From assembly GCA_963848295.1 (NCBI GenBank), contig CAWKDB010000010.1:1312001-1376000 (forward strand): a stretch of 64,000 nt of DNA, in the 5' to 3' direction. Below the pieces are notes generated by a model that saw only the letters and a program-made list of their open reading frames with translations, ran no database searches and was not told the DNA's origin. The stretch comes from an uncultured delta proteobacterium. Lineage in GTDB: Bacteria; Myxococcota_A; Polyangia; Haliangiales; Haliangiaceae. Shown here in pieces: positions 54,437 through 64,000 of the stretch; the stretch's first letter is position 1, and each line of letters starts with the position of its first letter. The position numbers and the translations under genes are program-made.

Positions 54437-55783
54437 CTACAGCTCGGCGTCGACGACGATGCCGACCTGATCGCTCGAGCCGCCGTAGCGACCTAGCGGT
54501 GCGCTGGTGTCGCCGGTAGCGAACGGATTGTCGAGCGTCATCGTCGTCACCGCGGGCGTCCGGTACAGCCACCACGTGCGCGCCCAGCCGAACGTCGTCG
54601 TGAAGCTCCCGGCCGTGAATTCGAGGCCCAGCGCCGCGGTTTGACCAGGCAGCTCGCCGAACGTCGGCGACAGCTCGGCGGTCGGTGTGCCCTGAGTCGT
54701 GAACGCGTAGCCCGCGGTCGCCCACAGAAAGCCGGGCACGAGCTCGACATCGAGCGCGCCACGCAGCGCACCGTGAGTCTGCTCGGAAGCGCGCGACCGC
54801 AGTCGGCCGAGGCCCGCGTCGACGCCGGTGATATCTTGGATCGCGAGGCCGTCGATCCGCCACGTCGCGGTCTCGGCGGCGTGCGGCAGGACCCACAGAT
54901 CGGCGTCGACTTCGACCGACCAGTGCGAGCCGAGCCAGCGCGCGCCGCTGCGCAGCGTCAACGGCTCGCGCAGCTCCATTCGCGCGGTCGGTGCGCCGGG
55001 CTCGACCGCGACCTCGGGTGCGGACCCGGTCGCGAGCGCATTGCCGTGGACGAACGCGTTCGCCGAATAGCCGACCGAGGCGGCGAGCTCGACGCGCGTG
55101 CCGGGCGGCGCGACCAGCACGCCGGCGACCGCGCTCGGCACGAAGTTATCGGCGGCGTCGATCGAGATCTCGACATCGTGCGCCGGGTCTTCGAGCACGT
55201 CGCGACCGGCGAACCCTGCCCACACTCGACGCGTCTCCGAGACGCCGACGCGCGACGCCGCGAGCGACAGGCCGACCGCGACGACGTCACCGAACCGGCG
55301 CGCGGCCCCGATCGTGAGGGTGTCACGTCGAATCGCGCCGGCGAGGCCGGCATAGCGATAGTCGAAGTCGTTGCCGAGCTCGGCGGGTGGCAGCTCCCCC
55401 GGCGCCCGCAGCGTGCGCGCCGATGCCGCCGACGACATCGCGCCGGCCGCGATGATCCACGAACCGACCGCGCCTTCGTACGCGACGAGCGGCAACGCAC
55501 TCGACCCCGCTTGATCGTGCGCCTCTTCGTGATCGCCACCGCCGTCGCGCCAGTTGATCGAATCATCGGACAGCGTGACACCGAGCTGGATCCGACCCGC
55601 GTCGCGCCGCGCGATCGCCGCCGGGTTCACGAGCAGCGCCCCGCCGCCATCGTCACCGACCGTCCCGACTCCGGCGCGACCGATCTCCTGTGGCGATCCG
55701 CCCGCGATCACCACACCGTCGGCCCGCGCGGGCGCGCACCACGCGACCAGCATCACGGTCACGGCGCGACAACGAGGCAACAC
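54437..55783 (-). CDS. Outer-membrane beta-barrel, FadL/OmpP1-like
   Basis: Signal peptide, IGRAGVG...ALLVNPAAI hatch motif, amphipathic strands. Confidence 0.65.
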   Translation of the reverse strand: MLPRCRAVTVMLVAWCAPARADGVVIAGGSPQEIGRAGVGTVGDDGGGALLVNPAAIARRDAGRIQLGVTLSDDSINWRDGGGDHEEAHDQAGSSALPLVAYEGAVGSWIIAAGAMSSAASARTLRAPGELPPAELGNDFDYRYAGLAGAIRRDTLTIGAARRFGDVVAVGLSLAASRVGVSETRRVWAGFAGRDVLEDPAHDVEISIDAADNFVPSAVAGVLVAPPGTRVELAASVGYSANAFVHGNALATGSAPEVAVEPGAPTARMELREPLTLRSGARWLGSHWSVEVDADLWVLPHAAETATWRIDGLAIQDITGVDAGLGRLRSRASEQTHGALRGALDVELVPGFLWATAGYAFTTQGTPTAELSPTFGELPGQTAALGLEFTAGSFTTTFGWARTWWLYRTPAVTTMTLDNPFATGDTSAPLGRYGGSSDQVGIVVDAEL

Positions 55784-55884
55784 GCGCCGACGATAGCAGT
55801 CGCGCGTTGCAGTTTGTTTCGCCGCGCAACGCCGAATCTCACCGTGCTCTCCTATCAGCGAAGCGCGGGAAGGAAGTCCACTCG

Positions 55885-56358
55885 ATGACGATCATCGCTC
55901 CCTGCCAAGGCTCTAGATCTGCTCGCCGCCCGGAGACTTCGTTCGATGACGACGAACCGACCGACGTCCTCGGCGCGCTCGGGACCCTGGTGTCGGCGCC
56001 GATCAGCGTCGTCCAGCCCGACACGCCGATCTCCGAGGTGCTGAAGCTGCTCGTCGAGCTCCGGATCCCGGCGGTGGCCGTCGTCGATCGCTGTGGCGCG
56101 ATCGGCGGCATCGTCACGCGCACCGACCTGCTGCGCGAGCTCGCTCGCGGTGACCGCGCGACCGCGGGGGATGCGATGTCTGGCTTCGTATTCGCACTCT
56201 CGGCGCGATCGACGGTCGAGCGCGCGGCGGCGTTGATGGCGTACGAAGGGGTCGGCCAGGTCGTGGTCACCGGCTCGCGGGGCGAATTGCTCGGGATGGT
56301 CTCGGCGCTCGACATCGCGCGATATTTCGCGGTCTCGGCCGGGTATCTGACCGAATGA
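55885..56358 (+). CDS. CBS-domain pair protein
   Basis: AVAVVD...GIVTRTDL and GELLGMVSALDI; AGGAAG upstream of ATG 55885. Confidence 0.85.
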   Translation: MTIIAPCQGSRSARRPETSFDDDEPTDVLGALGTLVSAPISVVQPDTPISEVLKLLVELRIPAVAVVDRCGAIGGIVTRTDLLRELARGDRATAGDAMSGFVFALSARSTVERAAALMAYEGVGQVVVTGSRGELLGMVSALDIARYFAVSAGYLTE

Positions 56359-56426
56359 CGGGCGGCATCTGTTGCCGTTTGTTTCGCGGCTCTGTCGTTC
56401 CAGCGCGAACGTGAAATACTCCGTCG

Positions 56427-57149
56427 GTGCAACGGCCCGAGGTCGCGATCCGCGTCGTGTACGTCGAAGACGACGAACGGCTCGCGCGGCTGACCGTGCA
56501 GTACCTCGCATCGCACGAGATCGAGGTCCACCTCGTCACGCGCGGCGATGTCGCCGTCGCCGAAGTGATGCGGATCCGGCCCGACGTCGTGTTGCTCGAT
56601 CTCATGCTGCCGGGCGTGCACGGCTTCGAGGTGTGCCGCGAGCTGCGCACGCGCTGCGACGTGCCGATCATCATGGTGACCGCGCGCGTCGAGGAAGCCG
56701 ATCGGGTCGTCGGGTTGGAGGGCGGCGCCGACGATTACGTCTCGAAGCCGTTCCAGTCTCGCGAGCTGCTCGCGCGGATCCGCGCGCAAGCTCGGCGCGC
56801 CCGCGGCGAAGTCGGCCCGAGAGCGGAACGGATCGAGCTCGGCGGGCTCGTCGTCGACACCGCGACGATGCGCGTGACCGTCGACGGCGAGCTGATCGCG
56901 CTGACCGCGAACGAGTTCGCGCTCGTCCATGCGCTCGCGCAGCGCCCCGGGCGGGTGCTCGATCGCGAGCAGCTGCTGCAGATCGTGCACGGCACCGCGG
57001 ACGAAGCGTTCGACCGATCGATCGATGTCGTCGTCTCGCGCGTGCGCGCCAAGCTCGAGCGCGATCCGCGCAACCCGCGCCTGTTGAAGACGATCCGCGG
57101 CGTCGGCTACATGCTGACCCCGGGCGAGCACCACGGAGACGCGGCTTGA
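56427..57149 (+). CDS. OmpR-family response regulator
   Basis: VEDD, LLDLMLPG, GADDYVSKPF, DRSIDVVVSRVR, TIRGVGY. Confidence 0.95.
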   Translation: MQRPEVAIRVVYVEDDERLARLTVQYLASHEIEVHLVTRGDVAVAEVMRIRPDVVLLDLMLPGVHGFEVCRELRTRCDVPIIMVTARVEEADRVVGLEGGADDYVSKPFQSRELLARIRAQARRARGEVGPRAERIELGGLVVDTATMRVTVDGELIALTANEFALVHALAQRPGRVLDREQLLQIVHGTADEAFDRSIDVVVSRVRAKLERDPRNPRLLKTIRGVGYMLTPGEHHGDAA

Positions 57150-58573
57150 CTCGTTGGTTCCGGACACTCGCGTCTCGGCTCGTCATGCTCGGCGTGATGC
57201 AGACCGCGCTGATCGCGGCGACCGCGGTCGCGATCTGGTGGATCGAAGGGCCACATGGCGATGCGTGGCCCGGCGAACGGCTCGATCGCGGTGCGCGAGC
57301 CAAGCTCGAGCAAGCAGCCGACAAGCCCGACCAGATCGCGGCGGCGCTCGCGGAGCTGCGCGACCATCGCATCGAGATCTCGCTCTACGACGCGGACCGC
57401 ACGCTGATCGCCACGAACGTCAACCCGGCGCTCGCGATCCCGGCTCGGCATCGCGGTCCACCACCCGAAGGGCACGACGGGCGCGATGGCTTCGAGCATC
57501 GCCCCGACGGAGATGGGCCGCCGCCCGGACCTCCGCCGGAAGGTGACCACGGCGGCCATGGCGCTGGCTTCGGGCCGGGTCCCGGCAATCACGCGATGGT
57601 GCTCGGCTTCACCGTGCATGGCAGGCGCGGCTATCTCGTCGCGCGCGGCGTGCACAAGTCGCCCGGGCTGACCGGGCCGTTGCTGACGCTGATCTGCGGC
57701 TTCGTCGTCACCGCGATCGGCGCGCTGATCACCGCGCGGTGGATCCTGCGGCCGATCGAGCGGCTGTCGGGCACGGCGCGCGCATTCGGTGCGGGCGATC
57801 TGGCGGCGCGCAGCCGGCTCGAGCGCGGCGACGAGATCGGCGAGCTCGGCCGGGGCTTCGACGAGATGGCCGATCGCATCGAGCGCCTGCTCGTCACCGA
57901 AAAAGAACTGCTCGCGAACGTCGCGCACGAGCTGCGCACGCCGTTGTCGCGAATCGGCGTCGCGCTCGACCTCGCCGGAGAAGGTGACTCCGATGCCGCG
58001 CGAGCTTCGCTGTCCGAGATCGCGGTCGACGTCACCGAGCTCGAGACGATCGTCGACGACATCCTGACCGCGATGCGGTTCGAGGTCGCACGCGGCGGCG
58101 AGCTACCGTTGCGTCGCGCCGTGACCTCGCCCGCCGCGATCGCCCAAGCGGCGGCCGATCTCCTGCGGTCGAGGCACTCGGACCGGCCGATCGAGCTCGA
58201 GACCGCTGCGGACCTCGGGATGATCGATGTCGACCCGCGGCTGTTCCGGCGCGCGATCGACAACCTGCTCGAGAACGCGCACAAGTACACGCCCGACCGC
58301 TCCGCGCCGATCCGGCTCGCGGTCAGTCGCTCGGGCAAGAACGCGATCGCATTCGAGGTCAGCGATCGCGGCATCGGCATCGCCGAGGACGACCTGCCGC
58401 GGATCTTCACCGCGTTCTTTCGTTCCGATCGCAGCCGCTCGCGCGAGACCGGCGGAGTCGGCCTCGGGCTGACCCTCGCGAAGCGCATCGTCGAAGCGCA
58501 CGCCGGCACGATCGACGTCACGAGCGCCGTGGGCGTCGGCACGACGATGAAGCTGACCGTGGCGACGGTGTAG
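57146..58573 (+). CDS. Sensor histidine kinase (2 TM, HAMP, HisKA, HATPase)
   Basis: VAHELRTP, NLLENA, DRGIG, GGVGLGL; TTGA overlap with regulator. Confidence 0.93.
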   Translation: MTRWFRTLASRLVMLGVMQTALIAATAVAIWWIEGPHGDAWPGERLDRGARAKLEQAADKPDQIAAALAELRDHRIEISLYDADRTLIATNVNPALAIPARHRGPPPEGHDGRDGFEHRPDGDGPPPGPPPEGDHGGHGAGFGPGPGNHAMVLGFTVHGRRGYLVARGVHKSPGLTGPLLTLICGFVVTAIGALITARWILRPIERLSGTARAFGAGDLAARSRLERGDEIGELGRGFDEMADRIERLLVTEKELLANVAHELRTPLSRIGVALDLAGEGDSDAARASLSEIAVDVTELETIVDDILTAMRFEVARGGELPLRRAVTSPAAIAQAAADLLRSRHSDRPIELETAADLGMIDVDPRLFRRAIDNLLENAHKYTPDRSAPIRLAVSRSGKNAIAFEVSDRGIGIAEDDLPRIFTAFFRSDRSRSRETGGVGLGLTLAKRIVEAHAGTIDVTSAVGVGTTMKLTVATV

Positions 58574-58576
58574 CCT

Positions 58577-59002
58577 CTACTGACAGGCGCAACACTTCGC
58601 GTGCGCGGCGGTGCACGTCGCCTTCGCACTGTCGCACTTGCCGGTGGCCCACGTGTCGGTCGCGAGCTCACTCGCGAGGTCGCAGATCTTTGTGGCGTTG
58701 TCGCAGATCGAATCGGCGAGCTTGCACGAGTCGTGACAGGCGTCGCTCGGCGCCGGGTGACAGCTCGCATCCGCGGTGCTCGAGATCGGGGCGGCGGTCG
58801 CGGCGCCGACCACCGGTTCGGTCAACTGCATCAGCGCGCGCGATTGCTGGAGCTGGGCGTCGAGCTGCTCGATCTGCTCGTGCGGCGTGCCGGGGGACGG
58901 CATGGTCTGGTCGCGCGTCGGCGGGCTCGACGACATCTTCGGCGAGGATTGCGCGCAGCCGACGACGACCGCGAGCGCGCAGCACACCGCCAGTCGCCTC
59001 AA
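58577..59002 (-). CDS. Cys-rich lipoprotein (paralog 2)
   Basis: VVGC lipobox; C-terminal 10-Cys domain with ICDNA; TTG start overlapping upstream TGA. Confidence 0.7.
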   Translation of the reverse strand: MRRLAVCCALAVVVGCAQSSPKMSSSPPTRDQTMPSPGTPHEQIEQLDAQLQQSRALMQLTEPVVGAATAAPISSTADASCHPAPSDACHDSCKLADSICDNATKICDLASELATDTWATGKCDSAKATCTAAHAKCCACQ

Positions 59003-59457
59003 AATTGCAGCTCCGGCGAGCCGCTGGTCGCCCCCGCCGCCGACTTGCCGCACTCGCAACAATGCTGCTGCGCTTCCTTGCACGATGCCTTCGCGCTCGC
59101 GCACTTCTCGTGGGCCCAGTCATCGCTCGGCCCGAGCTCTCCCGCGATGATGCAGATCCGCTCGGCGTTGTCGCAGATCGCATCGGACAGGTTGCACGTG
59201 TCGTCGCACGCGCGCGGCACCTGCGGGGTCGCCTCGCAGACGCGCTTGGGCACGGCGCGGTCGCGCAGCAGAAAGACGTCTTGCTGCAGCGGTTCGAGCC
59301 CGATCTTGTCCTCCCGGCGCCAGCCGCGGATCTGGGTCCACAGCGCGGTGATCTCGTTGCGTTTGTTCATCGCCTCGGTCGGATAGGTCGCGTCGCCACC
59401 GCACGCCGAGACCGCGAGGACCCCGAGGACGAGCACCGCGATCGCCCGCCCGGTCAT
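58999..59457 (-). CDS. Cys-rich lipoprotein (paralog 1)
   Basis: VSAC lipobox; same 10-Cys domain. Confidence 0.75.
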   Translation of the reverse strand: MTGRAIAVLVLGVLAVSACGGDATYPTEAMNKRNEITALWTQIRGWRREDKIGLEPLQQDVFLLRDRAVPKRVCEATPQVPRACDDTCNLSDAICDNAERICIIAGELGPSDDWAHEKCASAKASCKEAQQHCCECGKSAAGATSGSPELQF

Positions 59458-60002
59458 CGCGCCCCCTGTTGCAGCTTCTTCTCGATCTCGATCGATGCGT
59501 CGAAGCTCGAGATCGCGGCGCGCTTCTCCTCCGCCGCACCCGTGGCATTACCACCGGCCGACAGCTGCTCGGCCCGAGCTTGGTGGATCTCGCCCTGCAC
59601 GGTGTAGAGGTTCGCGATGAAGAAGCTATCGCGCTGGCGATGAGCGAGTCGGTCGTCGACGACCTTCGTCGCCTCGTCGAGCTGGCCCTGCCCGACCAGC
59701 AACTTCGCGAGCAACGCGCGCGCATCGTCGAGCACGTCCTCGGCTTCCGGCGCACCCGCCGGGAACTTCAGCGACAGGATCTCGCGGACGCTCGCGATCG
59801 CGGCCGGCGTGTTGCCGTCGCTCATGTAGATCCGCGCCTTGTGGTGATAGTTCTTCGCCTGCGACAACGCGATCATCAGATCCTGATCGATGACGTCGGT
59901 CGGCTCCGCGGTCTCGGTCACGCGACTCTGCGAGGACTCGCGCTCTTGCGCGCACGAGATGACGAGCGCGAGCGCGAGCGCGGCGAACGCGACCGCCTTC
60001 AC
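59454..60002 (-). CDS. TPR-like lipoprotein
   Basis: GTG 60002, VISC lipobox, helical repeats (LAKLLVGQGQLDEA). Confidence 0.7.
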   Translation of the reverse strand: MKAVAFAALALALVISCAQERESSQSRVTETAEPTDVIDQDLMIALSQAKNYHHKARIYMSDGNTPAAIASVREILSLKFPAGAPEAEDVLDDARALLAKLLVGQGQLDEATKVVDDRLAHRQRDSFFIANLYTVQGEIHQARAEQLSAGGNATGAAEEKRAAISSFDASIEIEKKLQQGAR

Positions 60003-60586
60003 GGCACACCTCGGAGCAAGCTGCGCTCGCGAAAGCCGTCGAGCCGATCCGCGAAGATCGCGTCGATCCGCGTGCCTGCATCTCCCGCGCGCGCCGGGTC
60101 GATCGGCCCGATCAGCGCATCGGCCGACCGCGAGCGCCAGGCCGTGGGGACGCGGGCAGCTGCCGCCGGCGCGCGATGCACCGGCCGGGCCCACAGCGCG
60201 ATCACCGCCGCGGCCGCGACGAGCGTGCTCGCGCCCGCGATCGTCCACGGCAGCCAGCGGCGCGCCTTCGCTCGGCCACGCGCGATCGGTGCCGACCGGG
60301 CCGCCGCCGCGCCACCGACCGCGATCCGCAGCGCATCTTCGATGATCGCCGCGCGCTTCGCCGCCGGCAGCGTGACCTCGCCGCCCGCAGCGCGAATCAC
60401 GGTCGCGACCTCGAGCAAGGCGCGATCGTCGGTCGACATCGCCGCAGGCGTGCGGCCCGCTAAGGCCTTGTCGACGAGCTCGCCGAACGTCTTCGCCTGC
60501 GCGCGCTCGGCCGATGTCGGCTCGTCATCCGGCTCGGGCACTCGGCCCGCAAGGATGTCGTCGTGGTTGTCGTCTTTAGTGCTCAT
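59999..60586 (-). CDS. Putative membrane anti-sigma factor
   Basis: Overlaps ECF sigma gene; cytoplasmic N-domain, single TM, short exported tail. Confidence 0.55.
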   Translation of the reverse strand: MSTKDDNHDDILAGRVPEPDDEPTSAERAQAKTFGELVDKALAGRTPAAMSTDDRALLEVATVIRAAGGEVTLPAAKRAAIIEDALRIAVGGAAAARSAPIARGRAKARRWLPWTIAGASTLVAAAAVIALWARPVHRAPAAAARVPTAWRSRSADALIGPIDPARAGDAGTRIDAIFADRLDGFRERSLLRGVP

Positions 60587-61202
60587 CGCTGCCTCCCGAC
60601 TCGACGCGGTCGCCGAACTGCTTGCGAAACGCGCGCACGGCGCGGAACAGAAGAACATCGAACGTCCCGACCGTGACCGCGAGCCGATGCGCGCACTCGT
60701 CGCGAGTCAGCTCCTGGATCAACCGTAGCTCGATCGCGAGCCGATAGCGCTCGGCGATTTCGGCGAGCGCGACGTCGATCCGCGCCCGATGCGCGCGCCG
60801 CTCTTCGTCCGCCATGAGCAACGCGTCGGCGTGCGAGCTCGCATCGGTCTCGGCCGGGATCTCGTGTGCCATCGCATCGGCGAGCCGGCGCGAGCGTTTC
60901 GCCTGGCGGTGCACGTCGTAGACCTTGTTGATCGCGATCTGGCGCAGCCACGGATAGATCGATCGGCCCTGCCACGCGAATCCCTTGATCTTCTCGACGG
61001 ACGTCGCGAGCGTGTCGCGCAACACCTCGTCGGCCGACGCGGCATCGCCGAGTCGCGGCAGGATCACTGTCGCGTACAGCGGCTGGGCATAGCGTTCGAG
61101 AAGGGGTCGCATCGCGTCGAGGTTGCCGGCTTGTGCCTCCGCAACCAGGCGCTGCTCTTGTTCGAGCTCGATCGCGGTGGCAACGTCGGAGGCCACGGAC
61201 AT
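60576..61202 (-). CDS. ECF-type RNA polymerase sigma factor
   Basis: LVAEAQAG, WLRQIAINKVYD (region 2), YRLAIELR...ECAHRL.VTVGT...LFRA (region 4). Confidence 0.88.
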   Translation of the reverse strand: MSVASDVATAIELEQEQRLVAEAQAGNLDAMRPLLERYAQPLYATVILPRLGDAASADEVLRDTLATSVEKIKGFAWQGRSIYPWLRQIAINKVYDVHRQAKRSRRLADAMAHEIPAETDASSHADALLMADEERRAHRARIDVALAEIAERYRLAIELRLIQELTRDECAHRLAVTVGTFDVLLFRAVRAFRKQFGDRVESGGSDEH

Positions 61203-61206
61203 CCAT

Positions 61207-61980
61207 TCAACGCGTGTGGAGTTGCGAGCTTACACGCGCGCGGTCGTAGCGAACCTCGACCAGCTCGAGGCCGTGAGCAGGCGCCGTGATGCCTGCGCGG
61301 GTCCGATCGCGAGAAGTAAGGATCTCGGCCACTTGGGCGGGAGTGAAGCGACCGGTGCCGACCTCGACGAGGGTCCCGACGATGATCCGCACCATGTTGC
61401 GCAGGAACGCGTTGCCGCGGACATCGACCACGACGAGGTCGCCGGGGTCGGCCGTGAGGTCGAGCGCTTCGACGCGGCGCAGCGTCGTCTTCGCAGCGCA
61501 GCCAGCCGCGCGAAATGCAGCGAAGTCGTGGTCGCCGATCAGCGCGCGGGCGGCTTGCCGCATCGCCTCGAGATCGAGCGGATCGGGGTGATGCCACGCG
61601 CGATGACGAAGCAGCGGCGAGCGATCCGCGCGGGTCAGGATCGTGTAGCGGTAGTGCTTGCCCGACGCCGAGAACCGCGGATGAAACGCGTCGTCGACCT
61701 CGCTCGCTTCGCGAATCGCGATCGCATCCGGCAGCATGCTGTTGAGGCCGCGGCGAATGCCATGCAGCGGAATCGGCCGCTCGGTCCGGAAGCTCGCGAT
61801 CTGTGCGCGCGCGTGGACACCGGCATCCGTGCGCGATGCACCGGTGACCGCGACCTCGTGGGTGAGCAGCCGGGCGAGCGCTTCTTCGAGATGTTGTTGC
61901 ACGGTCGGCCCGTTTGCTTGCCGCTGCCAGCCGTGAAGCTCGGTGCCGTCGTACTCGACGACGAGACGGATGTGGCGCAC
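61207..61980 (-). CDS. truA: tRNA pseudouridine(38-40) synthase
   Basis: YDGTELHGWQRQ, ASRTDAGVHA, FHPRF, AFLRNMVR, TAPAHGL. Confidence 0.96.
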   Translation of the reverse strand: MRHIRLVVEYDGTELHGWQRQANGPTVQQHLEEALARLLTHEVAVTGASRTDAGVHARAQIASFRTERPIPLHGIRRGLNSMLPDAIAIREASEVDDAFHPRFSASGKHYRYTILTRADRSPLLRHRAWHHPDPLDLEAMRQAARALIGDHDFAAFRAAGCAAKTTLRRVEALDLTADPGDLVVVDVRGNAFLRNMVRIIVGTLVEVGTGRFTPAQVAEILTSRDRTRAGITAPAHGLELVEVRYDRARVSSQLHTR

Positions 61981-61997
61981 CGCGGCCGATTCTACGC

Positions 61998-64000
61998 TCA
62001 GAACGTCAGGTCGAGGCCGAGCGACGCCGCGTTCTGACCGTGCGAGCCGTCGTGGATCAGCAGCGCGCCGTCGTAGCGCAAGTAGATCCCGAGCCGGGGC
62101 ACCGGCGGCAGCATCGCGCGCAACCGCAGCGACACCGCTGGCCCCGCGCCATCGCCGACGTGCACCCCGGCGCCGGCGCCGAGCTCGAACCAGCGGCCGA
62201 TGCCCCGGCGCGAGATGGTGGCGAGCGTCTCGCCCTGACCGTGTAGACCGTCGACGAGCCAGAGCGAGGCTTCGCCGCCGAACAACCAGAGCCGACCGTA
62301 TTCGACCCGCACCGCCGCGGTCGCGAGTGCCTTCATGGTTGCATCGTCGACGACAAGGCCACCGCCGAGCGCGAGCTCGAGCCGCAGCTTGCGCAGGTTC
62401 GCCGGGCCTAGCGCAGCGTCTTCCCCGGCGAGCGTCTCGAATCGCTCTCCGGTCGTGACCGGCATCGACTTGGGCACCAGCGCCGGTTCGGGCTGCGTCG
62501 AGCCCGCGGCTTCGTCGTCCTCGGAGACGTCCTTCGCCTCCTTGTTCGGCGACGCGTGCTTGCGCTTCGGCGCGGCGGCGTCGTCCTCGCCGTCGGAGTC
62601 CTCCGCCTCCGCGGACTTGCCATCATCGTCGTCCTTGCCAGCCTTCGGGTGCACCGGCGGAGCCTTGTGCCCGCCGCCGCTCTTGGTGTTCTGGACATTG
62701 CGGTACGCCTCGGCCGCCGCCTCGCGGCGCAGCGCGGTGACATCGCTCCCCGAGGGCACCGACACCGGCACCGCGACCGTGCGCTTGACGCCACCTTCGA
62801 TCACGACCTCGTCACCGATCGCGATGAACGACGTATACGGCGACGCCAAGCCGTACGACAGCGCGATCGCGGTCGCAGCGCGCGGGTCGGCGAGCGCCGC
62901 GTCGAGCTCCAGCTTGCCCCAGCGTCGCGCGAGCGCACCGCGTGGTGTCACCGCGCCTTCGATCGGCCGCGCCGACATCGCGACCATCCCGAGCGTGAAC
63001 ACGTCGCCGCGCGAGCGCGCGTTCGTATGCTCGGCGCGCGCGACCTTCGCGACGACGAGCAACGCTTGACCGGCGCCGAGCCTCGGCAACGTCGCCGGTA
63101 GGATCTCGAGCGGCGCGAGCGCGCCCCAGCTGACCGCGATCGGGGTCGGCGGCGAAGCGGCATCCGCGGTCACGTCTCGCGCGAGCGCGGTCAGGTCGTC
63201 TCCGATCGCGGCGAACCTCGCGGTACCGCCGCTCGTGTTCGCGATCGCGATCAGCAAGGAGCGATTCGGCGCCGGCCCGACGCCGATGACGTAAATCGGT
63301 GCGCCGACCTTGCCCGCCGCCGCGATCGCAGCGCGGTCATCCGCGACGAGCCCGTCGGTGACGATGATGACCGGCCCGCCCGACGAATGCAGCGTGCCGA
63401 GCACGCGCGTCAGGTCGAACACGCCTCCGCTGCGCTCCCAGCGCTCGTCGAGCTCGCGTGCGACCTCAGCGGGCGGCGCGGCTTCGCGCTGTTCGCTGCC
63501 GACGACCGTGACGCGATCGGCGGGCCCGAGAGCGCCGAGCAGCGCGCGCACCATCGGATGCGCGATCGCATCGGTGTCACCGCGCATCGTCGGCGCGCGA
63601 TCGAGCACGAGCGTGCAGGCGAGCGAGCCGATCCGCGGCGCCGCCGCCGGCGCACTGAGCACGACCGCGGCGTAGCCCGCATCGGCGTCTTGCTCGACCC
63701 AGCCGGTTGCGGGGACGCGCGAGCGCCAGCGAATCAGCGCATCGTGATCGCTGTGCGGGTCGACGAGTACGAAGTGATGCGCATCGACCGCGTCGAGCTT
63801 GTGGCTCGGGCTCGCGACATCGGACACGTCGTCGGCGAGCTCGATCGCGATCTCGGTCGCGCCGCCCGCCGCGGGCGAGCCGGTCGGCGTGACGCGAGAG
63901 GCATCGGGCGCGCGATCGGTGTCCGGCGAATGCCCGGTGCCGAGCGTCGGTCGGCCGCTCGCCGAGCCCGGAACGTAGCGCGGCGCGATCACGAGCGGAA
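61998..64000 (-). CDS. VIT/vWA-like protein with acidic linker and C-terminal beta-barrel-like region, 5' end beyond window
   Basis: IIVTDG, IGVGPAPNRSLL, YGLASPYTSFIA; D/E/K-rich linker; ends LGLDLTF. Confidence 0.65.
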   Translation of the reverse strand, partial: PLVIAPRYVPGSASGRPTLGTGHSPDTDRAPDASRVTPTGSPAAGGATEIAIELADDVSDVASPSHKLDAVDAHHFVLVDPHSDHDALIRWRSRVPATGWVEQDADAGYAAVVLSAPAAAPRIGSLACTLVLDRAPTMRGDTDAIAHPMVRALLGALGPADRVTVVGSEQREAAPPAEVARELDERWERSGGVFDLTRVLGTLHSSGGPVIIVTDGLVADDRAAIAAAGKVGAPIYVIGVGPAPNRSLLIAIANTSGGTARFAAIGDDLTALARDVTADAASPPTPIAVSWGALAPLEILPATLPRLGAGQALLVVAKVARAEHTNARSRGDVFTLGMVAMSARPIEGAVTPRGALARRWGKLELDAALADPRAATAIALSYGLASPYTSFIAIGDEVVIEGGVKRTVAVPVSVPSGSDVTALRREAAAEAYRNVQNTKSGGGHKAPPVHPKAGKDDDDGKSAEAEDSDGEDDAAAPKRKHASPNKEAKDVSEDDEAAGSTQPEPALVPKSMPVTTGERFETLAGEDAALGPANLRKLRLELALGGGLVVDDATMKALATAAVRVEYGRLWLFGGEASLWLVDGLHGQGETLATISRRGIGRWFELGAGAGVHVGDGAGPAVSLRLRAMLPPVPRLGIYLRYDGALLIHDGSHGQNAASLGLDLTF

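Overview
High-GC, gene-dense chromosomal window with no rRNA, tRNA, CRISPR array, integrase or transposase that I can support. The gene content (membrane Ser/Thr kinase with PEGA, RCC1 lipoprotein, PilZ-REC-DUF4388, VIT/vWA proteins, many secreted TPR proteins) points by inference to Myxococcota, possibly Kofleriaceae-like. Core functions: an o-succinylbenzoate menaquinone operon (polyprenyl synthase-menG-menF-menD-menB-menA-menC-menE, no menH/menI), topoisomerase IV-like genes in parC-parE order, mutS2, truA, a GH63-like glucosidase plus glycogen-debranching pair, an M13 peptidase and an OmpR-type two-component system. Most interesting: (1) a dispersed GGGGACG-capped repeat family with two 85-bp inverted-repeat elements carrying an IHF-like core, a solo copy, and a direct-repeat pair inserted in frame inside menC; (2) a tightly coupled ECF sigma / anti-sigma / TPR lipoprotein / two 10-Cys lipoprotein operon; (3) pervasive leaderless promoter architecture, including sigma54-type promoters, one preceding an unannotated 24-aa hydrophobic peptide; (4) a beta-clamp-like QLELF motif in the N-terminal extension of ParC; (5) a degenerate PilT-like ATPase next to an FHA-GGDEF cyclase. 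Three frameshifts (near 10267, 13497, 13856) may be assembly errors. All family calls come from motif recognition by eye; no database searches were run.
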